A DNA stretch of 64,000 nucleotides from positions 576,001 to 640,000 of the forward strand of contig CAXXYE010000009.1 in NCBI GenBank assembly GCA_963674865.2, written 5' to 3'. Positions 18,809-28,297 of this stretch are shown piece after piece. The notes under the pieces were generated by a model, which made no database searches, was not told the origin of the DNA, and worked only from the letters and a program-made list of their open reading frames with translations. The translations under genes and the position numbers were made by a program. This DNA comes from Candidatus Hydrogenedentota bacterium. Its GTDB lineage: Bacteria > Hydrogenedentota > Hydrogenedentia > Hydrogenedentales > SLHB01. Each line of letters opens with the position of its first letter. Position 1 is the first letter of the stretch.

Positions 18809-19336
18809 GTGGACACGAAGGGAAATGACCTCGAAATGATTGCGGCGCGGGTTGACGCTGAGCCCGTTGACTTTGCAACACGGCTCACGCACGGCGCAAA
18901 GGTCAAGCGCGGCCAACTTAACGCTGTTCAGCAGGGCAGGTACGGAACGGGGCCTGCTCCGTACGGTTACCGCCGAGGCCGAGAGGGCGAGCCGCCGCTC
19001 GTGGTAGACGATCGCGAGGCAGAGGTCGTCCGGATGATTTTCCGCGAATACTTGCGAACACGCAGTACCGGGAAGGTTGTCAGTTACCTCCATGCGCGAG
19101 GAATCTTCACGAGAAAAGGCAACAAGTGGTCGCGTCAGGCAATTGCCATCATTATCTCCAACCGGACCTACCGAGGCAGGGTGAGCTACGGCGAGGTCGA
19201 AGCACAGGGACTGCACGACCCAATCATTGAGCCCGCTCTGTTCTACAAAGCCAACGCCCTTAAGGAACGCAAGCGGCGCAAGAAGCGACGGATTCACGAA
19301 CGCAAGCAGGACGCCGCGCGCATCAGGCGCTCCTAG
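18809..19336 (+). CDS. stand-alone Recombinase (large serine recombinase DNA-binding) domain protein
   Basis: GPAPYGY, EAEVVRMIFREY, GNKWSRQAI..IISNRTYRG, HDPII; no catalytic N-terminal domain; start uncertain. Confidence 0.8.
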   Translation: MDTKGNDLEMIAARVDAEPVDFATRLTHGAKVKRGQLNAVQQGRYGTGPAPYGYRRGREGEPPLVVDDREAEVVRMIFREYLRTRSTGKVVSYLHARGIFTRKGNKWSRQAIAIIISNRTYRGRVSYGEVEAQGLHDPIIEPALFYKANALKERKRRKKRRIHERKQDAARIRRS

Positions 19337-19437
19337 GGCATGGCGCTGCATTGCCACGGCGATGCGCCAGCATCGTACTCTTCTGGTGTGGATCGCCCAA
19401 CTCGTGTTTCCTAACACATCCCGGAGAGTTCACGACC

Positions 19438-19977
19438 TTGCTGAATCGTGACGCGACCATCCTAGTAGTCATTGACCTCCAGGAAAGGCTCCTGGCGAAG
19501 ATCCCAGCGGCGGAAGCCGTCATCGGCCGGACGGTGGATCTCATCCGATTCGCTAGAGAGCTTCACTTGCCGCTCCTCTGGGCCGAACAGTATCCGAAGG
19601 GGCTGGGGCCTACGGCGGCGGCCGTAGCCCGGGAACTTCATGGCCTTCGTCCCCTGGCGAAGCGTTCATTCGGGTGCTTGGGCGACCCGGAATTTGAGGC
19701 GGCGTTGAGAGACTCGCAGCGGAGCCAACTGCTAGTAGCCGGTGTGGAAACCCACGTGTGTGTAATGCAGACCGTCCTCCAGGCAGTGAACCAAGGCTAC
19801 GAGGTCTACGTGGCACAGGACGCGGTGGCCGCTCGCGTCGAGGCCGAACATGAGGCTGGAATAGCCCGGATGGCTTCAGGCGGGGCGTGTCTGGTTACGG
19901 CGGAGATGGCCATGTTTGAACTTCTGGGCCAGGCAGGCACGGCGGAGTTCAAACGCGTTCTGCCGCTCTTGAAATGA
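19438..19977 (+). CDS. isochorismatase-family (YcaC-like) hydrolase
   Basis: VIDLQERL, EQYPKGLGPT, GVETHVCVMQT; TTG start after GGAGAG. Confidence 0.92.
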   Translation: MLNRDATILVVIDLQERLLAKIPAAEAVIGRTVDLIRFARELHLPLLWAEQYPKGLGPTAAAVARELHGLRPLAKRSFGCLGDPEFEAALRDSQRSQLLVAGVETHVCVMQTVLQAVNQGYEVYVAQDAVAARVEAEHEAGIARMASGGACLVTAEMAMFELLGQAGTAEFKRVLPLLK

Positions 19978-20033
19978 AACAGACGGCGTGCGGCCTGCCA
20001 AAGCTGCGGCCAACCGGAGAAGGGTAGTCTTCG

Positions 20034-21287
20034 ATGCAGAAAAATCTATGGCTCGGCGTGTTGGGGATCGTGTTGGCGTGGCTTGCCTTCGGAGCGGCTG
20101 AGGCCCAGACTCCCGGCGGGAACCTCACCGCCTATGATGACGACGGCACGATTCTGGCCAATGGCAAGAGAACGATTATCATTGGGACATACGCCTACAC
20201 CTCGAAGTACGCCGAACGTCCCGTCGATGAGGCAATGAAGGAGCTGGCGGATGCCGGATTCAACCTCGTCCACACCGGGACGGCCCCCGAGGTACTGAGC
20301 GCGGCGCACGAGGCAGGCCTGATGACGTGGATATCCGTGGGAACGCTCGACCTCAAGAATCGCGAGGAGAGCGAGAAGAAACTACGCGAACGCGTTCGTG
20401 CCGTGAAGAACCAGCCCGCCATTGCCTTTCTGGAAACCGTGGACGAGCCCGCCTGGACGTGGCTCTCCCCCGCACAGCGCGTGCCTGCCCAGGCACTGGC
20501 CGAGGCCTATCCCATCATCAAGGCGGAGGATCCAAACCATCTGCTGTATACAAACCACGCCCCGACGAATCTCGTAAGTACCATGCGCGCCTACAATTCG
20601 GGCACCGACGTCGTCGCCATGGACATCTACCCTGTCAACCCCGGCGGGCTGCGCAAGTCATACGCCTTATTTGAAGACGGCTACCAGGGCGACCTGAACA
20701 ATACCTACATCAGCCAGGTCGGGGAATATGTAGACAAGATGCGCAAGGTCACCGGCCCCAATCGCCCTCTCTTTATGGTATTGCAGGCCTTTGCCTGGGA
20801 AATGCTGCGCGAGGAAGGCGAACGGGACGACGCCAAGATCCTGTATCCCACCTACGCGCAGAGCCGCTTCATGGCGTTCCAAGCCCTCATCAAGGGTGCG
20901 AACGGCATCATTTACTGGGGCAGCCATTACACGCCCTATCCTTCGCAGTGCTGGACGGACATCAAGCGCGTTGTGAGTGAAATAGCGGCCCTGGCCGGGC
21001 CATTGGCCGCCCGAAGGCCCCCCATCGACATCGCCACCGAATACCACGAAATGGGACACTCCGTGGACGACGGCGTTCAGATACTTGCCAAGAGGCACGA
21101 CGACGCCCTCTACCTGTTCACGTGCAATGCCTACAAGAACCCCTGCAAGGCGACGTTGTCAGGACTCGGTGATTGGCGCAAGTATGAGGTTTTGAATGAA
21201 GATCGCCCCGGGGCGGACGTGGAAAATGGCGCCTTCACGGATGAATGGGAACCGTTCGGCGTCCATGTCTACATGCTGACCCCCTAG
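20034..21287 (+). CDS. secreted putative glycoside hydrolase-like (TIM-barrel) protein
   Basis: Signal peptide, DEP motif, DIYP, VLQAF, GANGIIYW. Confidence 0.75.
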   Translation: MQKNLWLGVLGIVLAWLAFGAAEAQTPGGNLTAYDDDGTILANGKRTIIIGTYAYTSKYAERPVDEAMKELADAGFNLVHTGTAPEVLSAAHEAGLMTWISVGTLDLKNREESEKKLRERVRAVKNQPAIAFLETVDEPAWTWLSPAQRVPAQALAEAYPIIKAEDPNHLLYTNHAPTNLVSTMRAYNSGTDVVAMDIYPVNPGGLRKSYALFEDGYQGDLNNTYISQVGEYVDKMRKVTGPNRPLFMVLQAFAWEMLREEGERDDAKILYPTYAQSRFMAFQALIKGANGIIYWGSHYTPYPSQCWTDIKRVVSEIAALAGPLAARRPPIDIATEYHEMGHSVDDGVQILAKRHDDALYLFTCNAYKNPCKATLSGLGDWRKYEVLNEDRPGADVENGAFTDEWEPFGVHVYMLTP

Positions 21288-21311
21288 GAGCGGCTCCTTC
21301 TGGCCGGACTT

Positions 21312-21692
21312 CTAGTCCAGGTTTTCTTCCTCCGGCCCAGGCTGTCCGGCATCCTCATCGGCCGCTTCAGCAGCGTCAGCGCCCTCAGCCTTTGACTCCT
21401 CCGCGTGGAGCGGCGGCGTGCCATGGAGGTCTTCGCTCTCGGTATCAAGGGGGGCATCCGTCAGCGCGTCGATATACTCCTCCGGGTTGTACCTGCTGAG
21501 TTCCCGAATCTCCCGCTTCACGGGCGAAATTTCCCGCTTGAGGTCGTCTTTGACCTCATTCACGTACCCCCGCAAGTCGCGGATGGTACGCATCGCGATC
21601 TTGGCGAATTCCGGGAAACGCTCCGGGCCTATAATGACAAGGGCGATCCCGGCGATCAGGATGATCTCGCCTATGCCGAGGCTGCTGAACAT
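21312..21692 (-). CDS. tatB: twin-arginine translocase TatA/TatB subunit
   Basis: MFSSLGIGEIILIAGIALVIIGPERFPE; follows tatC. Confidence 0.88.
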   Translation of the reverse strand: MFSSLGIGEIILIAGIALVIIGPERFPEFAKIAMRTIRDLRGYVNEVKDDLKREISPVKREIRELSRYNPEEYIDALTDAPLDTESEDLHGTPPLHAEESKAEGADAAEAADEDAGQPGPEEENLD

Positions 21693-21716
21693 AGAGTATA
21701 AATCCTCACGAGGCCG

Positions 21717-22481
21717 TCATCGCTGCTCATGGGCACGCTTCCGCCTGCGTACGACGAGGTACGAGAGCCAAATGCTTATTTCATAGAGTAAGGCCAGGGG
21801 CAAGAGCATTACAACCATGGTGAACACATCGGGTGGCGTGAACATGGCGGCCGCAAGCGCCATGATGATGATGGCCACCCGGCGGTACTGCCGCAGCGTC
21901 GCGGGGCTCAACAAATCCATATACACCAAGGCCAGAACCGCCATGGGGAACTGAAAAGCGACGGCAAACGCCAGATATCCCCGCAACAGGGTGTTGAGCG
22001 TAGAGGCAACCTGAAGTTCGGCAGTCACGTTCTCCGGCGTCTGACTCATCACGAAAGGCACGACGAGGGGAAACACCAGGAGATACGCCATCGTGCCGCC
22101 CGCGATGGCGAGCACGCCACAGCCCGCCAGGAGTATCATGGCGAGTCGCTTCTCATTGGACTTCAAGCCGGGAAAGATGAACGCACACGCCTCGTACAGA
22201 ATGTAGGGCGCCGCGAGGAGAAGCCCGGCAATGCCGGCGAGCTTGAGTCGAACGCTGGTAAACCACTCGAAAGGCGTCAAGGTCTTCCACGGAATCTGCT
22301 TCCCACGCAGAGGAAAAGCCACCAACTCAAAGATCGTTTCGGAGAAGATGACGCACAGGATACAAAGGACCAGGACCACGACACCCACCCGGATGATCCG
22401 CGTGCGCAGTTCGGCCAGGTGCTCCGTGAAGGTCATCCGCGCTTCGGCATCGTGCTCCTTAGACACGCCGGACGCCTCCAT
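21717..22481 (-). CDS. tatC: twin-arginine translocase TatC
   Basis: MTFTEHLAELRTR, FIFPGL, AFQFP, FTPPD, LLYEISI. Confidence 0.96.
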   Translation of the reverse strand: MEASGVSKEHDAEARMTFTEHLAELRTRIIRVGVVVLVLCILCVIFSETIFELVAFPLRGKQIPWKTLTPFEWFTSVRLKLAGIAGLLLAAPYILYEACAFIFPGLKSNEKRLAMILLAGCGVLAIAGGTMAYLLVFPLVVPFVMSQTPENVTAELQVASTLNTLLRGYLAFAVAFQFPMAVLALVYMDLLSPATLRQYRRVAIIIMALAAAMFTPPDVFTMVVMLLPLALLYEISIWLSYLVVRRRKRAHEQR

Positions 22482-22657
22482 AAGTCAACACCGCGGCCTT
22501 GCCGCGGAAGCCCGGTTCGGCGGAAACAGCGACACAGCCCACCCGCAAGAAGCGCGTAGGACACATTCGTGAAGACAGATACTCAAACATAGGCAGGTAG
22601 CGACCGCTGTGGCTCATGGCCGTTCCCCGGATTGCCCGTGGAGAACAGGCCCGACGA

Positions 22658-23038
22658 CTAGAACAGCGTCTGTTGTCTTTCCTCTTCAGGGTCCTGGGCA
22701 TACGTGACTTCCGACGCCGGGGCCTCGTCGGCGGCAGTGGCTGCGTCGGGCCGTTGGCTTCCTCCTTGCCGGACAAGCTCCTTAAGGGCTTTACCGGGCT
22801 TGAAAGCAACGACGCTCTTGGCCCCGATACGCACCTCCTCGCCAGTGCGAGGATTTCTGCCGCTGCGGGCGTCGCGCGTCTTGATCTCGAAAACGCCGAA
22901 GTCACGCACTTCGAGGCGTTTGCCCGCGGCCATGAAATCCGTTATCGCATCCAGCGTGGCTTGCACGATGCCCGCGACTTCATTCTGTGTGCCTCCCACG
23001 CGTTCAGCCACCTGAACCACAAGTTCACGCTTTGTCAC
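22658..23038 (-). CDS. HU/IHF-family DNA-binding protein with acidic C-terminal extension
   Basis: MTKRELV, RDFGVFE, GRNPRTGEEV, FKPGKALKE. Confidence 0.95.
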   Translation of the reverse strand: MTKRELVVQVAERVGGTQNEVAGIVQATLDAITDFMAAGKRLEVRDFGVFEIKTRDARSGRNPRTGEEVRIGAKSVVAFKPGKALKELVRQGGSQRPDAATAADEAPASEVTYAQDPEEERQQTLF

Positions 23039-23116
23039 ACGAGTCTCCTTCCCTGAGGCACAACCAGTCTCTCCGATATCGCGCGTGCACGGCGTCCCGG
23101 AGCCGCGACCCCAACA

Positions 23117-23692
23117 TCAGATGCCGAACAGACTCTTGAACGAATCGATGTAAAGGGCACGGATCTGCGGAACGCCTACGAGAAGCCCAATCATCACCAA
23201 AACCGCGACCACGATCATCACGTTCTTCTTCGCCGCCTCGGACATGCCGCCCTTGGGCGCCGCTCCGCCGCCGGTCGGCGCCACGAAGATCTTCTCCCCG
23301 GCTTCGGCGCGGCCCTTCTTATCCTCCAGGCCACCGAGGGTCTCGTTAATGGAAATAAACGCCCGGTGCCACTCCGTTTGAAGCTTCTTGACGGCCACTT
23401 CGGACTGAGCGTAGATGCTCTCAAGGTTGGTCGCCCCCGACACAATATTCATGGTATTGCCGTCGAGCGTGTAGTCCGCGGCGAGCGTGTCCTTGAGAAC
23501 CTTGTGTTCCCGCGCCAATTTGCTCTTGATCTTAAGGAACTGATTCTCGAGCTGTGCCTTATTGACACCGGGGCTGGGGTAGGCGCTCAGAATCTGGTTG
23601 AACAACAACCAGTCGTTCATGAATTCGCGACACATCTCAACATTTCTGTCGAGTAGTTCAATGAGTTTCTTCTGCTTCTTACTGTGTCCCAT
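23117..23692 (-). CDS. hypothetical helical protein with C-terminal TM anchor
   Basis: Typical codon usage, GAAAGG SD, hydrophobic VMIVVAVLVMIGLLVGV. Confidence 0.75.
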   Translation of the reverse strand: MGHSKKQKKLIELLDRNVEMCREFMNDWLLFNQILSAYPSPGVNKAQLENQFLKIKSKLAREHKVLKDTLAADYTLDGNTMNIVSGATNLESIYAQSEVAVKKLQTEWHRAFISINETLGGLEDKKGRAEAGEKIFVAPTGGGAAPKGGMSEAAKKNVMIVVAVLVMIGLLVGVPQIRALYIDSFKSLFGI

Positions 23693-23811
23693 GTCACGAC
23701 ACCTTTCGTGTAGGGTCCGCCCCGTCAATCAAGTTAATCTAGCACATGCCATGGTCAATGTCAAACCACGCAACGGGGCATAAGTCACGGAATCAACTAA
23801 TGTTAGCCGAC

Positions 23812-24396
23812 TTACTCGCAGGCTTTCGGGGGACACATTCCGGCAAAGTTGCGGACAATTTGCTTCCCGCATTCCGTGAGGATGCTCTCTGGGTGGAACT
23901 GCACCCCCCAGATGGGGAATTCCTTGTGAGCGAGCGCCATGATCTCCCCCTCCTCCGTGCTTGCGATAACCTCAAGCACATCCGGACAGCTTTTAGGCTT
24001 CACCACAAGGGAATGATACCTGGTGGCAATGAACGGTGAAGGCACTCCCTCGAGAAGCGGGTTGTTTATGTGATTGATCCTGCTAACCTTACCGTGCATG
24101 ATGCGGTCCGCTCGCACAACATCGCCGCCGAAGACGGCTCCGATGCATTGATGGCCCAAACACACACCAAGCAGGGGAATGGCGGGCCCCAACTCGCGGA
24201 TGACGGCACACGATATACCTGCTTCGTTCGGCGTGCACGGCCCCGGTGAAACAACGATTCGGTCGGGCCGCATTTCGCTAATGGCCTCAACGTCGATGGC
24301 ATCATTGCGGAACACGCGGATGTCCGGTTCGACCTCGCCGAAGTACTGCACCAGGTTGTACGTGAACGAATCATAGTTGTCTATCATGACGATCAT
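23812..24396 (-). CDS. trpG: anthranilate synthase component II (glutamine amidotransferase)
   Basis: IDNYDSFTYNL, SPGPC, GVCLGHQ, RYHSL, QFHPES; overlaps the trpE stop. Confidence 0.93.
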   Translation of the reverse strand: MIVMIDNYDSFTYNLVQYFGEVEPDIRVFRNDAIDVEAISEMRPDRIVVSPGPCTPNEAGISCAVIRELGPAIPLLGVCLGHQCIGAVFGGDVVRADRIMHGKVSRINHINNPLLEGVPSPFIATRYHSLVVKPKSCPDVLEVIASTEEGEIMALAHKEFPIWGVQFHPESILTECGKQIVRNFAGMCPPKACE

Positions 24397-25880
24397 GATT
24401 CAAGTCCTTTCTCAGCGAATTCCACGGCCCGGAAGAGGGCCTTCGCCTTGTTGACGGTCTCTTCGTACTCACGCTCCGGAACGCTGTCGTAGACGATTCC
24501 CGCGCCTGCCTGGACGTAGACGACGTCATCCTTCACGATCATCGTGCGGATGACAATGCACGTGTCCATGTCGCCCGAGAAGCTGATATATCCGCATCCG
24601 CCCGCATAAGGGCCGCGGCGCAGCGGTTCGAGTTCGTCGATGATCTCCATGGCCCGGATCTTCGGCGCCCCGCTCACCGTGCCCATCGGGAAGGTGGCGC
24701 GCAAAGCGGAGAAGGCGTCTTCCCCATCTTTGAGTTCCCCTTCGACCTCGCTCACGATGTGCATCACGTGAGAGTAACGCTCGATGTACATGAGTCGCGA
24801 TGGCGAGGGCGCCACGGTGCCAGGTTTGCTAACTCGGCCAACATCATTTCGCCCGAGATCGACCAGCATAATGTGCTCGGCCCGCTCCTTCTCGTCGGCC
24901 AGCAGGTCTTTGCTCAGCGCTTCATCCTCAGACGAGCTGGCGCCGCGGGGCCGTGTGCCCGCGATCGGGCGAACCATGCACGTCCGCCCGTGTACCTGGG
25001 TCATTACCTCGGGACTACATCCCACCAGCGTGAGGTCCGGATATTGGACGAGCGTCATGTACGGCGACGGATTGATACAGCGCAGGGCTCGGTACAGGTT
25101 GATCGGGCTCACCTGCGTTTCCCGCTCAAACCGTTGCGACAGCACCACCTGGAAGATATCGCCCGCGCAAATGTACTCCTTGGCCTTGCGAACGGCCTCG
25201 CAGAACTCCTCGCGCGTGAAACTCGACTTCGGACTCGACTCGAAGCTGCCCGAATGGAGGCGCTCCGTGGTAACAACCAAGGGCTTTTTGAGAGTTTGCT
25301 CGAGTTGATCGAGCTTGTGCGTTGCCTCGATATACGCCTTGTCCACGCTGCCTTGCACGTGGGCGTTCGACACGATCTGGAGCCGGTTCTTGACGTGGTC
25401 GAAGATCAGAATCGTATCCGTGATCATGAAGTACAGGTCGGGGAGGTCCAAGTTGTCCGGATTAGCGTCGGGCAAATCCTCAAAAAACCGGACTTGATCG
25501 TAGCCGATGTAGCCCACGGCCCCGCCGTGAAACTTGGGAAGGCCGGGGACGGTTATCGGTTGGTAGGCGTCCATGAGCTTGCGGAGCTCGCCCAACGGGT
25601 CGTCGGACTGAAACGAGCCGGAGCGGCCGTCCCGCGTGATCGTAACGTTGTTGCCCTTGGATTGGAAAATGACGGAGGGATTTGCGCCCAGAAAGGAGTA
25701 GCGCCCGATGGTGTCCGCCTGCTCAACACTCTCGAGTAGGAAGGAGTAGGACTGCCCCCTCGCTATCTTCATATACGCCGTAACCGGTGTTTCGAGATCG
25801 GCCAGGATCTCGCGGTAAACCGGCACGACGGCCCCAGCCCGTGCTATCTGCCGGAATTCATCAAGTGTCGGATGGTTCAT
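24393..25880 (-). CDS. trpE: anthranilate synthase component I
   Basis: DLETP, LLESVE, NPSPYM, PIAGTRPRG, EHIMLVDLGRND, GTVSGAPK. Confidence 0.95.
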   Translation of the reverse strand: MNHPTLDEFRQIARAGAVVPVYREILADLETPVTAYMKIARGQSYSFLLESVEQADTIGRYSFLGANPSVIFQSKGNNVTITRDGRSGSFQSDDPLGELRKLMDAYQPITVPGLPKFHGGAVGYIGYDQVRFFEDLPDANPDNLDLPDLYFMITDTILIFDHVKNRLQIVSNAHVQGSVDKAYIEATHKLDQLEQTLKKPLVVTTERLHSGSFESSPKSSFTREEFCEAVRKAKEYICAGDIFQVVLSQRFERETQVSPINLYRALRCINPSPYMTLVQYPDLTLVGCSPEVMTQVHGRTCMVRPIAGTRPRGASSSEDEALSKDLLADEKERAEHIMLVDLGRNDVGRVSKPGTVAPSPSRLMYIERYSHVMHIVSEVEGELKDGEDAFSALRATFPMGTVSGAPKIRAMEIIDELEPLRRGPYAGGCGYISFSGDMDTCIVIRTMIVKDDVVYVQAGAGIVYDSVPEREYEETVNKAKALFRAVEFAEKGLES

Positions 25881-26318
25881 TGTGATTTCCTCATTGTGTG
25901 TGGCTTGTTTCTTCAGATCCATCAAGTCGGTTCAACCGCCCCTGCCGCATCGCCAGAGCTTGTGCCTGCTCTGAGGCCAATAGCCCACCCTCCGGCGGCG
26001 TATGATGCAGGCCAATACGTGGTGATAGTCCGCTCTTCTCACAACCGCGCCACAAGACTGTATGCAAGTCATGCGGAGCGGGCGCTGTGGTGCGAAGGTA
26101 CCAGCTGGTGCGGTGCGCTCTAAGGTGAATGCCACTACAGGTCTCCGGAAATGCATACGGTACGCCTGTGACAACAAGAAACGTCGGGAAAAGGGAATTA
26201 AGAAGTCGGGAAAAGGCAGGGAATTAGTGACGCCATCGATGGTGGGCCAAATACATAACCGGCATCACACAGGTTCCTTCAGTCGTTCGCGGGAATCCGC
26301 AGTCCTGAATTCCAGGCG

Positions 26319-27083
26319 TCAGCATCGCACATGAACGCCGTTCTTTGCAAGGAATTCTTTTGCCTGGCGGATCGTGAACGTCTGGAAATGGAAGATCGAA
26401 GCAGCCAGGGCCGCGTCGGCCTTGCCCTCTGTGAGCGCGGCCAATAGGTGTTCAAGACTTCCTGCTCCGCCACTGGCGATGACGGGAACGCCAACAGCCT
26501 CCGCCACCGCGCGGGTGAGGGGAACGTCGTAGCCATCCTTGGTGCCGTCGCAGTCCATCGCGGTAAGGAGGATCTCGCCCGCCCCCCGGCGTTCCGCCTC
26601 CTTGGCCCAAGCCACGGGCTCCAGGGGCGTTGGGCGGCCTCCATCGCGGCCACCGTGGCTGCGAACAATGTAGCCGTTGTCCGTTCGTTTCGCGTCGATG
26701 GCCACCACAATGCACTGGGCGCCGAAACGAGCCGACGCCTCGCTGATGAAGTCGGGATTCTCGATAGCGGGCGTATTGATGGAGACTTTGTCGGCCCCGG
26801 CGTTGAGGAGGATGCGGATATCGTCAATGGTGCGTATCCCCCCGCCAACGCAAAGGGGCATAAAGACTTGCTCCGCCGTTCGGCTAACCACGTCGAGCAT
26901 CGTTGCCCGATTATCGGTGGACGCGCGGATGTCGAGGAAGACGATTTCATCCGCCTCCTCTTCGTCGTAGCGTTTGGCAATCTCAACGGGATCGCCCGCG
27001 TCGCGGAGGCCGAGGAAATTGACTCCCTTTACGACGCGGCCGTCGGCAACGTCGAGACAGGGGATAATTCGCTTAGCAAGCAT
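26319..27083 (-). CDS. hisF: imidazole glycerol phosphate synthase subunit
   Basis: [40 protein letters not shown]. Confidence 0.98.
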   Translation of the reverse strand: MLAKRIIPCLDVADGRVVKGVNFLGLRDAGDPVEIAKRYDEEEADEIVFLDIRASTDNRATMLDVVSRTAEQVFMPLCVGGGIRTIDDIRILLNAGADKVSINTPAIENPDFISEASARFGAQCIVVAIDAKRTDNGYIVRSHGGRDGGRPTPLEPVAWAKEAERRGAGEILLTAMDCDGTKDGYDVPLTRAVAEAVGVPVIASGGAGSLEHLLAALTEGKADAALAASIFHFQTFTIRQAKEFLAKNGVHVRC

Positions 27084-27122
27084 GAGTCTTGGGGCCGCTT
27101 CTCCGTTGGAGGCCGTATGATC

Positions 27123-27902
27123 CTACCGGAAATCGTCGTCTTCGTCTCGTTCGAGTTCAGGAAGGTTCGGCTCTTCCGGTGGGGGAGGGGCCAGGTTCTG
27201 CTGCTCCTCCTCATCCTCTTCTTCTTCCTCCGGCTCAACGGCGACTTCATCGGGCCATGTAGGCTCGATGCTCGCGCTCTGCTGGAGGGAATCCATGGAG
27301 TCTTCTTCCGGCTCCATGACCTCCGACTCGCTCACCGCCGGGCCAGGCAGATCGGGCTCAGGGAATGCTGCCGCCTGGGAGGATGAATCGACGACAATCC
27401 CACGGACGTTCAAATCTACCGACGTAACTTCCTCGACGCCGAGCAAGTTCTCGGCGGCCTCGGCGATGGCCTCGCTCACGCGGTTCGCCGTCTCGCGTGC
27501 CCCGGCGCCTGTACGCTTGTACAAGAGCACCTCGGCGGTAATCTGAACGCTGCGGCCGTCCTCGGACGGCACGGCACGGACAGCGACCTTCTTGACTTCA
27601 GGCAGTCTCCCAATGACCCGGTTGAGGGTCGCCTCGACGGAATCGAGTTGGATAATGACGTCGCCCTGCGTGCCGGGGAAGGAGATCGTCTTGCGCTTGT
27701 TCCGCCGGCGGCACGGAATGAGGCCAAGCAATCCGATGACGGCCACGCCCAAACCGATGGCGATCCGAATCCAAGTGCTGTCCAGCGCTCTCATGGCAGA
27801 GCTGTCGTACAGGACGCTGACGGGCGTGACGGCCACCAACACACCCCCAGCCAACGCGGCGAGGCTAAGGAGCTTCAACAGAATCAGATGGACTACCTTC
27901 AT
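27123..27902 (-). CDS. alkaline shock response membrane anchor AmaP-like protein
   Basis: Two N-terminal TM helices, Asp23-like cytoplasmic domain, acidic tail; coupled to the asp23-like gene. Confidence 0.7.
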   Translation of the reverse strand: MKVVHLILLKLLSLAALAGGVLVAVTPVSVLYDSSAMRALDSTWIRIAIGLGVAVIGLLGLIPCRRRNKRKTISFPGTQGDVIIQLDSVEATLNRVIGRLPEVKKVAVRAVPSEDGRSVQITAEVLLYKRTGAGARETANRVSEAIAEAAENLLGVEEVTSVDLNVRGIVVDSSSQAAAFPEPDLPGPAVSESEVMEPEEDSMDSLQQSASIEPTWPDEVAVEPEEEEEDEEEQQNLAPPPPEEPNLPELERDEDDDFR

Positions 27903-28270
27903 TCGACGGCCCTCTCTTCTTGCGTCTTGGCCTCGTGTCGGGTGAACTCGATATCTGCGATAAAAACGTTGATCTGCGCCACCGGCTGATCGGACATGCG
28001 GCTGATCGCGTTAAGTACGGCTTCCTGAATGTTCGGCCCCAGCTTCCTCAGATCGGTCCCGTAGCGCACAACAACGCCGATATCGATCTGCAGGCGGCCA
28101 TCGTCATCGAGCCGAGCGGAGATACCCGGATTCTTGCCCATCCCGAGCTTCTCGGTGAAGCCCGAATTCATGCGCACTACCCCCTCCTGGAGCAAGGTCT
28201 CGTGCGCGGCGACCTTGGCGTAAACGGACATATCGACTTCGTGCTTACCCAGGGCAGTCACATCACTCAT
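27899..28270 (-). CDS. Asp23/Gls24-family envelope stress protein
   Basis: IDIGVVVRYG..IQEAV..INVFIADI; follows accC. Confidence 0.85.
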   Translation of the reverse strand: MSDVTALGKHEVDMSVYAKVAAHETLLQEGVVRMNSGFTEKLGMGKNPGISARLDDDGRLQIDIGVVVRYGTDLRKLGPNIQEAVLNAISRMSDQPVAQINVFIADIEFTRHEAKTQEERAVE

Positions 28271-28297
28271 CGTAGGCCACCTCTTCCGTCAGCCGAA

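Noticed and set aside
11281..21316. Exact 15-bp repeat GGCCGGACTTCTAGT at 11281 and 21302 as att sites
   Set aside because: A 15-bp match is expected by chance in 64 kb of GC-rich DNA, and the interval contains the essential aspS.
25881..26318. trpL attenuator peptide
   Set aside because: No tandem Trp codons or convincing short leader ORF on the coding strand.
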